NCBI RefSeq assembly: GCF_006345805.1
Contig: NC_043005.1
Span: forward strand, 81,778,001 to 81,842,000
DNA length: 64,000 bases
Direction of reading: 5' to 3'
From: Octopus sinensis
Lineage: Eukaryota
Below the pieces are notes generated by a model. That model was given only the letters and a program-made list of their open reading frames with translations. It ran no database searches and was not told the DNA's origin. Positions within the stretch are counted from its first letter, which is position 1. Each line of letters starts with the position of its first letter. Made by a program: the position numbers and the translations under genes. Below, piece by piece: positions 51,271 through 64,000 of this stretch.

Positions 51271-54200
51271 AATCAAAAGACCATTGAATAGAAACTAAGA
51301 AACGAATGTTCTTCGCGTGTGATTAGGATTAAAACTCAATGAATAATTCAAACGCACCAAGTTTAAAAGAAACTGCATTTCAACATTTCACAGCAGCAAG
51401 TGCTGTTGTCTATGATGTAATTACTTTTGATTTAAATGCTCGTATCAAAATTTCACTCGCCTTTACTGATGCTCTTTGCTGTATCTGTGCGGAATATTTA
51501 ATGACCAATCATTTAGTGTTTAAATAAGATTTCACGCGTAAAAGAAAACGAAATACATTGTAAATCTCTTAAATTTATTATGTGTTATTTGTTGTTACAT
51601 GTTTTAGGTATTTTTTAAAAGATATGAAACAAACTGACTTGTCATAATATGTTATGCAAATGAGTTCAAAGAAATCGTTCATTGAGTTTAAATTTTCGCT
51701 AAGCCGAATCTACCATTTTATTCTGTATACGGTTACACAACGTGACATAATTAACCAAGAAGTTAGAATATATGTGTATTAGATATTTCGAAAAAAGATG
51801 TATAGTTAACATTAGTTATATCAATGTATACCTGTATATTCCTTTTAATATGTCGCGTTTGAAACAAACTGGTAAACGCACACATTTCTTTACATTATAT
51901 CTAACGATTTTTTTTCTGTAATTAATAAAAATGTAATAGGATATGATATCTAGCGTCAGCTTGTGTTCAGACGAGTCTCTGCAAGATGTCCCTATGTAAA
52001 AGTAAAGTGCCAAATGTATAAAAATATACACTACTGTGTGATGAAAGTAAGAACAGTCTATTTGTCTTGTGATATAGGATATATTTTTAACCTACACACA
52101 GAATACAGCCCTGTCCAATAACACAATTCTTTAATTTTTTTCCGGTGTGGCGAGAACGACTAACACTTACTTCGCCTGTCTTAGAAAAAATCTCACTTGA
52201 AATCCATGCTATTATTCCTAACAACAAATTCTGCGACCTTGTCTCTCATCTGAACATCCTTTTATCATCTCATATCAATGAAATCGAACATTTTCTCAAA
52301 CGTCACGTCAAAAGTTCCCCGTCGCACTACCTTACATTTAGGACAGTCTCGTCAGCTAATGAGGTATTTCATAATTCATTAGGTTAGTGCAGTGCATTCT
52401 ACGATAGTTTTAACTTTATGCCGTATAATTAGGTTTATTAATTCAGAATAACAAAAGCCATTAGAATCACATGGGATACTGTTACCGCAACGTGGATTAT
52501 GTAACTTGATAGTGTCTAACCTTGAATAAGATTATGCTCTATTGACAAGTTTATTAACCGTGGTCAACATTCCACCACATTTACTTGTTGATTAACTGCA
52601 GCTCTTAACTTACAATAGAATAGGAAATTCCGCCGAAAACAATAATTAGGTGATTTGTCTAAAATCCAATAAATTTCTTATAGAACTTCATTGCAATATG
52701 ATTTATTCGATCTCGTCTTATTTCTTTATTTATTCTCTCCATAAAATCATATGAAACCTCGCAAATGCTATATTATTTTGGATGTTGTATTGTTTAGAAT
52801 TACAAAGCAAAAATTAATAACATCTGATAAAATAGGAATGTCGAAGACAATATATGCGCATTGAATATTTGCTAATTGCAATACAAACAATTAAAAATTC
52901 TTTTATAATTTTATGAACAGTATTTTCAATGCAAAGCTTTCGATATATTTTTTGTTTATCCTTTTTTTTAATATTCTGTTGTCTTCGTGTTTGTTGAAGC
53001 CTGCATTCGAAATGAAGTCTGAAACAAAGAATAATAATTATGGTGGTAAATCTCTATATAACAATACACAATTAGCTCTGTCAATACTTCAACACAAAAG
53101 GATTTGCCATCAAGTATCAAATTAGCAAAACAGATTAGAAAACATGCGTTCATATCATTTTCCTATGAATAACTGTTCAGTTAAGAGTTTAACAGTTTCA
53201 TAATAACAATCCGGTGGTGTCGGGGAAGAATGTGTTCTCTGAGTGGAATATACAAATATGAATGTGATAACGTAATTGTTGTAGTAATTTTTAGAGATCA
53301 CTATCTTAATATTCTTAATTGTAAGGATTTAGAAGAAAATTTGATAGTCAGAAGTGTTGGCAGTGAAATATGTACGCAAGGAGCATTAATCTAGATAAAC
53401 AGAGACAGCATGCACTGAATGGGAATATACGATATAACATTTTAATACACATATAATTTGAGCTTTGATGTGAAAAGTCAATAAAGCCGGCTTCCCAACG
53501 ATTCTGATTTCTGTTTGGGTAGATAAGGTAGAATCGATACGATCAGGTTCAAGTTTTGCGAAATCTTCATGTGTAAAAGAACAACAATTTTTGATTAGCA
53601 GAGAAATTATTGACTAATATGCGGATATACGAAAGCAGGTACATCCGAACAGGTCTCTCTAATTTGCATATAGGGCAATGAGCTGAGAATGCATCTATTC
53701 CGCGAAGGTATTAGAGCCTATAGGACGTCGGATTTCGAGAACATGAAAGAAAGAAATCTGAAAAGCGAGTTAGCTAATATTATTCAACCTTAGATTAATG
53801 ATAAACTAAGTTAGTCACATGAAATTTGTAAGGCACATCTACAATACCATTGTCGGCACTGTTATTTGGATAGATGGTATCTCTCCAACTGTGTTTACTT
53901 GATTTTAAAGACAGTCAATAAATTTTCTTTCCTCTGTCCTTTAAACGGAAGGTGGCTGCATGCTATGAAAGTCGGTTTTTCAATATATCACTGTTAATTT
54001 CTTTATTTTCCTTACAAAATAGCCAGAGGATATAATATACACTTCCTTATTATAACACTGTAGAGATAAAGTACTCTAAACAGTGTTTCTTCAGGTAGAA
54101 GCTACTGTTTCTGTCGCTGAATGTTTTCTGAGAAAATGAGAAACTGGAAGACAGCTTCTGTTCATGCAGAGATTAGAAAAGATTTAATAGATATTAGGAA

Positions 54201-54369
54201 TTCGATTGCAACATAAGCATTAGTATCATATTGATGATACCGATCTCTTTACTATAACGCTAGATTTAAGCACATACAAATAACACGTTCACTGCCAATC
54301 GAATATCTTAAATTCGTTTAACATTTAAGCATACACAAACACATAGACACACATACGCATGCATACGTT

Positions 54370-54486
54370 TATATATATATATGTGTGTGTGTGTGTAATG
54401 TTACATATATACTTATATATATATATATGCATGTATATGTATGTATGGACGGATGAAGGGTTTTATGCATATACGTAATACATACG

Positions 54487-54526
<40 letters not shown>

Positions 54527-55156
54527 GTATATGTATGTATGTATGGACGGATGGAGGGATTTATGAAAATACGTAATATACTCTGATAAAGCTTCTATGA
54601 CAGAAATCTTATATAATATGTGTAGCTTATATACAGTAGTCTATTTAACTCTCTCAGATTTATTAGGCTCTCTGTAATTGTTGAATGTTAACAAATACAC
54701 GCCAAGGAATATATATGCGTGTATATTTATACATACTTACATATATGTGTGTGTGTGTGTGTGTGTAATGTTACATATATACTTATATATATATATATAT
54801 ATAAATATATACATATATATATATATATATATAAACATATACATATATATATATATATATAAACAATACATATATATATATATATAAACATATAATATAT
54901 ATATATATATATAAACATATACATATATATATATAATAAACATATACATATATATATATAAACATATAATATATATATATATAAACATATACTATATATA
55001 TATATAAACATATAATATATATATATATATATAAACATATACTATATATATATATAAACATATACATATAATATATATATAAACATATACATATATATAT
55101 ATAAACATATACATATATATATATATAAACATATACATATATATATATATATAAAC

Positions 55157-55201
<45 letters not shown>

Positions 55202-55210
55202 TATATATAT
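54370..55210. repeat. Compound TA array with local duplications and a (taaacatatac-(at)n) higher-order minisatellite
   Basis: gtgtgtaatgttacatatatactt occurs at about 54390 and 54765; atggacggatg.aggg occurs at 54444 and 54544; taaacata recurs about every 20-25 bp over 54830-55165. Confidence 0.9.
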
Positions 55211-55466
55211 ATGTAATAAATGGAGTTAAACGCAGGTGTTATTCAAAATATTTATTGATTTATATATATTATGCAAAATATTTCACGTAAGCCCGAAGCT
55301 TCTACTTATAAAACAAAGAGTTACAACATTTTTACATGTGTGATTTTTTGTTACCCTACTAACTACTTATATATATTTTCTGTATTAATTGTTAGCAAGG
55401 GAAATACACACATGTCTCTCTCTCTCTCTATATATATATATATCTATATATGTATATATATATATA

Positions 55467-55538
<72 letters not shown>

Positions 55539-57399
55539 GCATACACATACGTAGATCATCAGTGCAGTTTACAGTCACGTATATGAGTGTATGTGCATGT
55601 CCAAGTAAAGCTAATTTGTTATATGCCAGTTTCACTATATAATTGTGTTGGTGTTAGCTCATTTTTCGCTTTTACTGAATGCCTAGGACTCAAATAGTTC
55701 TATTTTGTTATATTTGCTTCATTAAAATTACCGCATTCATGAAGTAACCCACATCCATATAAGAACCATCGCAATAACATTGCGACCGTGCTTCTGAGTA
55801 GTCATAATCTTTTGGAAGCATTGTCCTCGATCTGAAATAGCCACTGGTTCTATATGCGGTCGACCCGATCAATTCTGTCAATGAAGACATCATTCTTAGA
55901 ATTGAGTCTACTGTGTCATTATTTATGGTACATTACTTGAATGAATTCCAGAATATTTAGACGTGTGTTCGTACAATGCTGCTCTATCGGAGAAATGTTA
56001 CGAGTTAAACTTATTCATATTTATTTTATGTATATTTCGAAATTCTTGTAGTATTGTGCTCTTCTTCTATTTTTCAGTCTAGTTCTAAAGAAAAGCATTA
56101 TATATGAAAACACTGAGTTGAATCTAAAATGGCTGGCATGATGTTGTCACTTTTCCCAAGCATTTTATCTCCGCCATTATATATTTTCTTTGTGAATGCC
56201 TATCCTAATGTATTATATGGAAAAGAAATTCTGAAATCACTCCCGAAAGACGAAAAAATAATTAAGAAAACAACAAAATAAAAAAAAAAAGTAACTGGAA
56301 TGTTCACAGAAAATATACCTAAATAACTTTCAAACAATACGTGAGCATACTTCTACATTTTTTTCCAGGTACGCTATCCACAACACCTGCAAGGGAATTT
56401 TGGCTGTGAAATAATGAATCTAAATAATGGAACTAAACGAAAAAAACTGATGAGATACTAAAAGAAAGAAAGACGTGGGGAGAGGTGTAAGGGAGAGCAG
56501 AGAAGTGAATTAACATTGAAAAGTTATATAGACTTTTTGGACAACTAAATAAGTGTTTTCATCATGAATACCAATAATTCATTATATATACATGCAGAGT
56601 ATGGGCTTTGATTAAGTGTCCTCTTTATATTCGATTTTGGTTCATGTTACGAAGACCAGGGAATGCTGGGAAATGTACTTCATGTTTTATGCTTAGGAAA
56701 CCCATTATGAGATGAAGGAAGACAAACAATTGATGAGATACGTTTCATCTTAGCTTTTCGCTTTGTTTACTGTTTGATAGAATAAATTACTTCTTTCAAT
56801 GGAAAAGTAACGAAATTGTTTATGTAAATGAAATGTAGTGATTGAATGACTTCCTTTTGCTAACAGTGAACTACTCTCAGAGATATTTTACTTTTTAATA
56901 AAAAATACCGTCTTACAAGAGGAAAATAGGTTTTCAAATCATGAGAATTGCATCAGATACCCAATAACTTCTTAAATGTATATAGCATGTATACTTTTGA
57001 TGTTTATTTTGTGTGCATTACTACACACAGAAATGTTTATATAAAATATATATGTGTCTATTAGACTGGTCTGAAGGACGCTTTGAACACAAACCCATCA
57101 TCGGAAACTTTTCCATGATAAAGTGAGATCGACATAGTCAATGCTACCCTTTCACAGCTGCGAGTCGAAGAGCGTTGATACAATATGGACAGGAAGTGAA
57201 AGCAAGTGAACCGAGGATGTCAAGATGAAAGGGTGTCTATCATTAATGGATAGGCCTCCTGTAGGCAGCATATATGGTGGCGAGACAAAATGTCTGAGTC
57301 AAGTGTACGTGCGTCCCGGTGACAGAATGAGAGCTCGCCGTCTAGCGTAGAAGCTACTGAAAGGACAGGGAGGTTCTAGGACTCTTGTGGGCCAGATGT

Positions 57400-57800
57400 T
57401 GGAGTAAACTGGGCGACGACCTCTATGCCTGTCAGACATGCAACCTTTATTGTAGCTATCTTAATATGCGTAGTAGAATCACTTCCAAGATGTGGCAAAA
57501 TATTTTCATTGTAGAATTTACATCTGCTCCATAAAGATATTAGTGAAAGCTGGAAGATGAAGTTGTTTCTGTCACCAAATAATAAATTCATTTATTATGA
57601 TTCCTTCGTGTTTTTGCTCGCTAGGAGCGAAATGGCGGATCGTTATATCTGTAGCACTCATGTAGATTCTATGTACAGTGACTATGTTAGATGGGTTGAT
57701 ATTACTTTCATCATATATACAGGAATGGTATCATTTTTCGAAAGTAATATTGCTCTAAGACCATTTAAAGACATAATTGGTGTCTTTATCAATAAATTTT
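57400..57800 (-). pseudogene. Possible highly decayed Penelope-like RT fragment
   Basis: Minus-strand pieces NIVT..TDIT..KHEGI, NNFIF and LPAFTNIFMEQ (57524-57556) resemble the PLE RT motifs LVTxDVxSLYTNIPHxEGI, NNYFEF and APxxANIFMxxLE in the right order. No YxDD motif is recognisable. Confidence 0.25.
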
Positions 57801-58637
57801 TTAAGGATTCAATGATGTGTCTAAGTCGCATGTAGATGACTATTGGATAAGAAAGATGAGTGAACGATAGTGATATACACTGTAGGAGTCCTTGCTGTCT
57901 ATGGTCGGTAGTTAGATCGTAGGTGTAGGAGGAAAACTGTGGTGTAGAAAAAACGAAACTATGTTAAGAAGAGGGAGTTCTATCAGCGCTTACAAAGATG
58001 GACCGATAATGCACAAAATCTGAAACCTATATAACAATACATGTTATCAAATCTGTAGAGTGTGCGTGACAATAAAGTTAAATATTTAAATCGGATTGGC
58101 TAACATTTTTTTAGTTTTATAGCCATAAGATATGTTTTAGAAATAACAAATAAACGCGCGTGCACCCATACACATATACATAAATAGAGAGAACGAGAGA
58201 GAGGGATGGAGACAGGGAGTAAAAGGATGGTAGGTAGTTTATGAATGATACGTACATTCAATTGGAAGGTACAGAATACGATGTACAGAGTGACTTAGTC
58301 TTCAATTTAAGCAAAACTTCTACTAGCATGACTCTGCATGAGAGTTTCTCACGATAGCAGCTGATTGAGTGTAAATACACGGGAGACACAAAAGAAGATA
58401 ACTGGAAATAGGTTAAATATCGGATATATAGGTCAGTAAAATGTTTTTCATTACAGGGTATTTGTCTATGACTTACTACACATTTAACCGAGTAGGGTTT
58501 TTATGTTTCGAACAAATCGATTATGATTTCACAAAACTGACTTAATAAAGGGAAATCTTGTAGGTCTCCAGTAGACAGGAAAATGTGTGTCTGAAAGAAA
58601 AAAATAATCAATACATGAATGCATATATTTATGCATG

Positions 58638-58699
<62 letters not shown>

Positions 58700-58706
58700 C
58701 ATACAG

Positions 58707-58741
<35 letters not shown>

Positions 58742-58781
58742 CATCTCATACATTTATAAATTTATATAGATTCCTATATAT

Positions 58782-58848
<67 letters not shown>

Positions 58849-59201
58849 TAAGAAGAGAGCTGAACAACTGAATAGCGGAAAGTCTTCAGAGGAGAAACCC
58901 CGTTCGGGCAAGTGGTTTGATCGTTAATTTCCTACTCTCAGTGGTGGCGACGCCTCGTCTCGGTCACAAATGCTTCATGCCCTTCTGCTGACACATTTTA
59001 CCCGCTTAGTATCCGAGACGTGAGCATCTAAATCGCCTGGTGATTTCAACCAGTTGTAACTACACTGCGTTGACCCCGTTTTCAAACCTATACTTGAAGA
59101 AGAAATAACGCTGATCGTCATAGTGGAGGTGAAACGTCAACAGCACAATGACACACTCAGTGTTACTTCCCTTAGCGATAAAACACAAAAATAGTGCATA
59201 C

Positions 59202-59262
<61 letters not shown>

Positions 59263-59263
<1 letters not shown>

Positions 59264-59454
59264 TATAAGCATAAACATTTTTTTGTCCCTGACAAGAAAC
59301 ACCTAACCAAGGAGTGTTCATTTTAACCCTGAAGAAGGGACTTGTATGTCCCGAAATATTGGATCCCCAAAGATTACCAGGTAACTTACTTTTAATTTAC
59401 GTTACCTCATCTTAAATCTATTTGCATTGTTTGGCGTTTTACATCTTTCAAAAT

Positions 59455-59455
<1 letters not shown>
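59263..59455 (+). mobile_element. ~190-bp element (fifth HHR family) flanked by (TA)n on both sides
   Basis: Contains the HHR-like motif at 59325-59364 and a ~94-nt tail running into tatatata. Confidence 0.55.
59325..59364 (+). ncRNA. Minimal type I hammerhead-like motif with an extra A after A9; weak helix I
   Basis: AACC-CUGAAGA-A-GGGAC-UUGUAU-GUCCC-GAAA-UA-UU^GGAU. Helix II is 5 bp, helix III is palindromic AUAU, and helix I has 3 of 4 pairs. Confidence 0.5.
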
Positions 59456-59481
<26 letters not shown>

Positions 59482-59486
<5 letters not shown>

Positions 59487-59602
59487 AGCAACGGGTTTTT
59501 CACTTTCCGTCCACTAAATCCACTCACAAGGCTTTGGTGGGCCCGAGACTATGCTAGAAGACATTGGCCCAATATTCTTATCAAGCAGCCACGCCTGCGC
59601 AT
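59482..59602 (-). mobile_element. SINE family B 5' half with internal deletion
   Basis: aaatccactcacaaggctttggt.ggcccgag...cagccacgcctgcgc. Confidence 0.75.
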
Positions 59603-60490
59603 AGCTATACACCCAAATAAATCTAATCACACACATACACACTCACATATGTATGTATTTATGTACGTACATACTATGTATCAATGCATGTATGTATGTT
59701 TAATACTAAATGACTAAGAACTGAAGAAATACCCACGAGGAGTAAACCGTATCGATGTGCCAAAAAATTATATTGAAATATGCGATTCAAATTACATAAA
59801 TTCATAGTAAAAATATTACGAAATGTTACCAGTTAAGCAATAATAATCAATCATTTTGAAAGGGATTAATGCCATTGTATCGGAATGTGCACCAGGCCAC
59901 CTTGACTGCAGGGTAGCTATATTTCATTTCTGACAGAAATTAAGTTAAACAAGGAAAAATAACACAGTGTACTATAACAATCGCTGGGGATGAGTCAACG
60001 AATCAAGAGATTAACCTTTACTCAAATTAATTTGGTTTAGTTTGTTACAGAATTATTAGAACTGGGTATGATGACATTGATAAAATGATTGTCAGATAAA
60101 ACACAATATTATATACACGACGTCTAAAATGATTGCTATCGGGGAAGAAAATAGAGAAAATAAAAAGAAAAGCAAGAACGGTTTCTCTGAGAATAAGCAA
60201 AAACAAATTATAATTAATTAAATTAGTTAAAACTTTAAAATTTTCACAGGGAATCTTTTACGCGCAATATTTTTGGGAATGGAATAAAAAAAAATACAGT
60301 TGCAACTAATAATACAAACGTGCTAAAAATTATTCCTCGTATTGTATTCTATATACAGAGAGGGAAAGAGAGAGAGAGAGTGTGTGTGAGTGAGTGATTA
60401 AGAGAGAGAAGAGATAGATGGACTGATTGATAGGTAGGAAGATAGAGAAGTAGATAGAGTGACACATAGATATGCTTATATTATTATGTA

Positions 60491-60862
60491 GGCGCTGGAT
60501 TGACAAAGTTGGAAGTAGATTGCTTACCAATGACGTGGTTCTAGGTTCAGTCCCACCGCTTGTCACTTTGGGCAAGTGTTTTCCACTAGAGCCTCGGTTG
60601 ACCAAAGCTTTTTGAGTGAATTTGGTAGACGGAAAATGAAAGAAATCCGTCATATTTATATACATATGTATAAATATATGTGTGTGAGTGTGTGTGTATG
60701 TTTGTGTGTCTGTGTTAGTCACTTGACGACCGATGTTGGTGTGCTAACGTCCCTGTCACATAGCAGTTTGACTATAGGGAGAGACAGAATAAGGACTAGG
60801 CATACATAGGACATGTCCTGCAGTCGTTTTCTTCGATCTGCTGCCGCATGGCCGCAGTCAAA
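60491..60862 (+). mobile_element. SINE family B, degenerate near full-length
   Basis: ggcgctgga...gttcagtccca...gaccaaagc...ttggtagacggaaa...cttgacgaccgatg...catggccgcagtcaaat. Confidence 0.85.
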
Positions 60863-60870
60863 TGGCGAGT

Positions 60871-60932
<62 letters not shown>

Positions 60933-60954
60933 CACACATTCTTTTATTCGTTCA

Positions 60955-61215
60955 TTTTTTTCAGTCATTTGACTGCAGCCATGCTGGAGCACCCCCTTTA
61001 GTCGAACAAATCTTATTCTTTGTAAGCCTAGTACTTATCCTATCGGTCTGATTTGCCGAAACGCTATGTTACGGGACACACCAGCATCGGTTGTCAAGCG
61101 ATGGTGAGGGACAAACACTCGCGCGCGCATATATATATGCATATATACGGCGGGCTTCTTTCAGTTTCTGTCTACCAAATCCGCTCACAAAGCTTTGGTC
61201 GGCCCGTGGCAGCAT
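60955..61215 (-). mobile_element. SINE family B, 5'-truncated; tail-to-tail with the preceding copy across (TA)n
   Basis: tttcagtcatttgactgcagccatgctggagcacc...ccagcatcggttgtcaagcgatg...gtctaccaaatcc. Confidence 0.85.
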
Positions 61216-61219
61216 TATA

Positions 61220-61292
<73 letters not shown>

Positions 61293-61297
<5 letters not shown>

Positions 61298-61515
61298 TTT
61301 ATAACGGGAAAGTTTACGAAAATAAACAAAAGACGAAGGCAGGTGGAGTACAAACAAACAAATGTATTAGTATAGCGCTCGGGAATAAAAATAGAAAAAG
61401 TCTTTGAAGTTTCGAGCCTACGCTCTTCAACAGAATGATACACAGAAAAAAAACAAGGAGAGAAACAAGGAGAGAAAAAAATGCGTGTAGGAGCTAACGA
61501 TCTATCATGGCGTCC
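61293..61515 (-). mobile_element. PLE pLTR-like element with a variant HHR-like motif (61401-61438); tail ends in (TA)n
   Basis: Reverse complement reads UCAUU-CUGUUGA-A-GAGC-GUAG-GCUC-GAAA-CU-UC^AAAGA; homologous to 30046-30205. Confidence 0.55.
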
Positions 61516-61538
61516 ATATATATATATGTATACGTCTC

Positions 61539-61569
<31 letters not shown>

Positions 61570-61850
61570 ATTCAAATGCTATATGGAGCTTATTAGCAAT
61601 TGAAACCTAAAGACATTTATAAACGTCATCAAAGTGACATGGGTACAAGCAGTACCAGCAGTGCTAGTAGTCGTTTTGACTCTTTTTTCTAGCAACGGTG
61701 ATACCGCCTTGTACCATTGTCGCTTTAGTGACGTCTATGCTTTTATATTTATACATACATGTATATGTAAATATATAAATGCATACACACACGCACAAAC
61801 ACACACAAGCACACACACACATATATATATACGCACAGTCGCACACACAC

Positions 61851-61883
<33 letters not shown>

Positions 61884-61920
61884 CACACAGAGATTGGTAG
61901 AAATAGACAGTTAAATAGAT

Positions 61921-61951
61921 TGCTATCTATCTATCTATCTATCCATTTATC

Positions 61952-62027
<76 letters not shown>

Positions 62028-62028
62028 A
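61921..62028. repeat. (CTAT)n followed by inverted (GATA)n
   Basis: Directly visible. Confidence 0.9.
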
Positions 62029-62587
62029 ACACAATTAGACAGACACTCTAATGAATCGTTATACGCATTTGGAGAATTTAAGATGAAATGTATCTGGCTT
62101 TTAATTCCGTACAAAACAAATACTTTATGAATAAACCTAAAATAGAACAAAATGAAAAATAACTGCGTAGAACTTAAAATATATCACTACACGTATATCT
62201 GAAACTGAATATCAGCTGTTTCTTTCTCCTCTTGTGAATGTTTCGCTAAGTTTAATTATATTATGTGAACCAGGCATTTAAAGCGAGAAACACAAAATTA
62301 TAAAAAAAAAATGCATCTTAATAGCTGTAATATCACTTGAAATGCGAAGATTTAATGGATCGCTATAGAGTTTACTATACATACATATAAATAGACACAG
62401 ACACACGCATGCACGCATGCGAGCGCGCGCACACACTGCCAAGCACACATGCACACATACACACGCACTCACACACACACAACTATTATGCTATGCTGAA
62501 AGACTCGAAATAGCGATTCCTCTCCCGTGCACACACTGTTGATATATACATGTGCATATACCCTCTCTCTCACTCTCTCTCTCTCTG

Positions 62588-62641
<54 letters not shown>

Positions 62642-63427
62642 CATATATATATATTACATATAGACATATATCTGTCTATATACATGGGTGTGTGCGTATT
62701 AATATACATATATCTCTATATGTTTATATACATTTAACGTATATATATATATAATACATATATATATAATTACATAAATACATACATATATGCATATACG
62801 CATATATGTGCATATATGTATGTATTTATATTACGTATATATATATGTCTATATATTTCGTGTGTATGTGTGCGCATGTGTATGCCTCTATGTGTGTGTG
62901 TGTGTTTTTGGATTTCTATATAGGAAAGAACTATCTGAATATTGAAAATTACATACAAAGACCCATCCTAGGCGCGGAATATTTTTAAAAGCTAATCGTT
63001 ACCTTCAGTTTTCCCCATTTCGATATTACCGTGCTACCGATATCGCTAAACAGAAAGGGATGGCTAATAATTCTTGGACCCACGATATTGCAATCCTTGT
63101 CGTAAGAATGAAAATATATAGATAGTAAGCTACAAATCCCACTGTTACTCTAAAGTTTCCGCAAATTTATTATCTTGGGCTGGCATTTTCCTTACGGACC
63201 CCGACATATGAAAAACAATATTCGTAGCTGATGAATCTGAACGTAGGGCAGTCGTTGACTGATCCAACACATGAATCCACAAATTCATATTTTCAGCCAT
63301 TTTCAAATTGGCAGCGCCACAGCAGACGCACTACAATCAAATACCTCGAGAGTATGACTATGTGAAACACTGAATAACCATACAGGGAAATCATTATTGA
63401 TTTACCACGCACGTAACCTTTGTAACA

Positions 63428-63607
63428 TACGAGGACCAAGCTGGTGTCTTCTACAAAAGCGGTCTCCAGAGCTGCATCTAACGATGGGAGAAATGCGTAA
63501 CTTTGGGTGGTTTCTCTGTAGAAAAAGATTAACAACTGTGCCAAATTTCGTTGCTCTACTGCTATGGGGAGTGGGTCAGGGGCATTACTTATTGAACGCC
63601 CCTCGTA
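63428..63607 (+). mobile_element. Mariner transposon 3' end (C-terminal codons and 3' TIR with TA)
   Basis: EDQAGVFYKSGLQSCI*RWEKCVTLGGFSVEKD* (compare FYxxGIxxLxxRWxKCxxxxGDYVEK), ending in gcattacttattgaacgcccctcg-TA. Confidence 0.8.
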
Positions 63608-63826
63608 TATCATGCAGTATCTTTCCAACACTTGACACCATCATTGTTGCTTCCTTCGCTTACCTCCTTTTGAACTATGTTATCATACCGAGCCATTTCT
63701 TGCATTATGCTTGTGGATATGCCTAGATGTTGTTGAATCTCTACGTGTGAACGTGCATGTGTGTGTCTGTGTGTGCACAATAATGATAAATGATTTACGA
63801 ATATGCCTATATGTACCTCATTCAGG

Positions 63827-63864
<38 letters not shown>

Positions 63865-64000
63865 TGGGGAGAGATAAAAGAGAGAGAGAGAGTGATCGAA
63901 TGAGACAGATTGAAAGTGAACTTGTGCACTGAACTTAATCTCTGATCTCTCCAATATATCGAAGGCAATCTTAGAAACCAAGTTTCATTATCAACTTGAT

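Noticed and set aside
52145-52387. 80-aa plus ORF and a minus-strand CTGACGA-GAC-T-GTC motif
   Set aside because: The ORF is unrecognisable, the minus frames contain stops, and the motif lacks GAAA and helix I.

Overview
AT-rich, microsatellite-saturated non-coding eukaryotic DNA. The SINE families and (TA)n/(CA)n/(GATA)n content resemble an Octopus (coleoid cephalopod) genome; this is inferred from memory of repeat families, not from a search. I could not support any intact host gene, and the long ORFs in the track are translations of microsatellites. Recognisable content: about 30 tRNA-derived SINE copies from about 4 families, decayed Tc1/mariner transposons, and LINE remnants (CR1/L2-group, R4/Dong-type RLE, possibly Tx1, RTE and Penelope RT). 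The main result is a set of at least five unrelated families of small non-coding elements carrying minimal type I hammerhead ribozymes (HHR: CUGANGA...GAAA...UH). Each has a palindromic helix III, an atypical 10.1/11.1 position, and a 78-176 nt 3' tail ending in (TA)n. Three stand out. (i) A 398-nt retrozyme-like unit at 14984-15557 whose genomic 5' end lies exactly on its own predicted cleavage site. (ii) A 3.5-kb near-perfect palindrome at 34131-37712 with an HHR at the outer end of each arm. (iii) A 297-bp fold-back sibling of the same family at 16501-16797 with essentially the same outer junctions. Together they suggest a Penelope-like-element (PLE)-dependent ribozyme retroelement system that targets (TA)n. 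Ribozyme activity, novelty and the reality of the large palindrome all need experimental or database confirmation.
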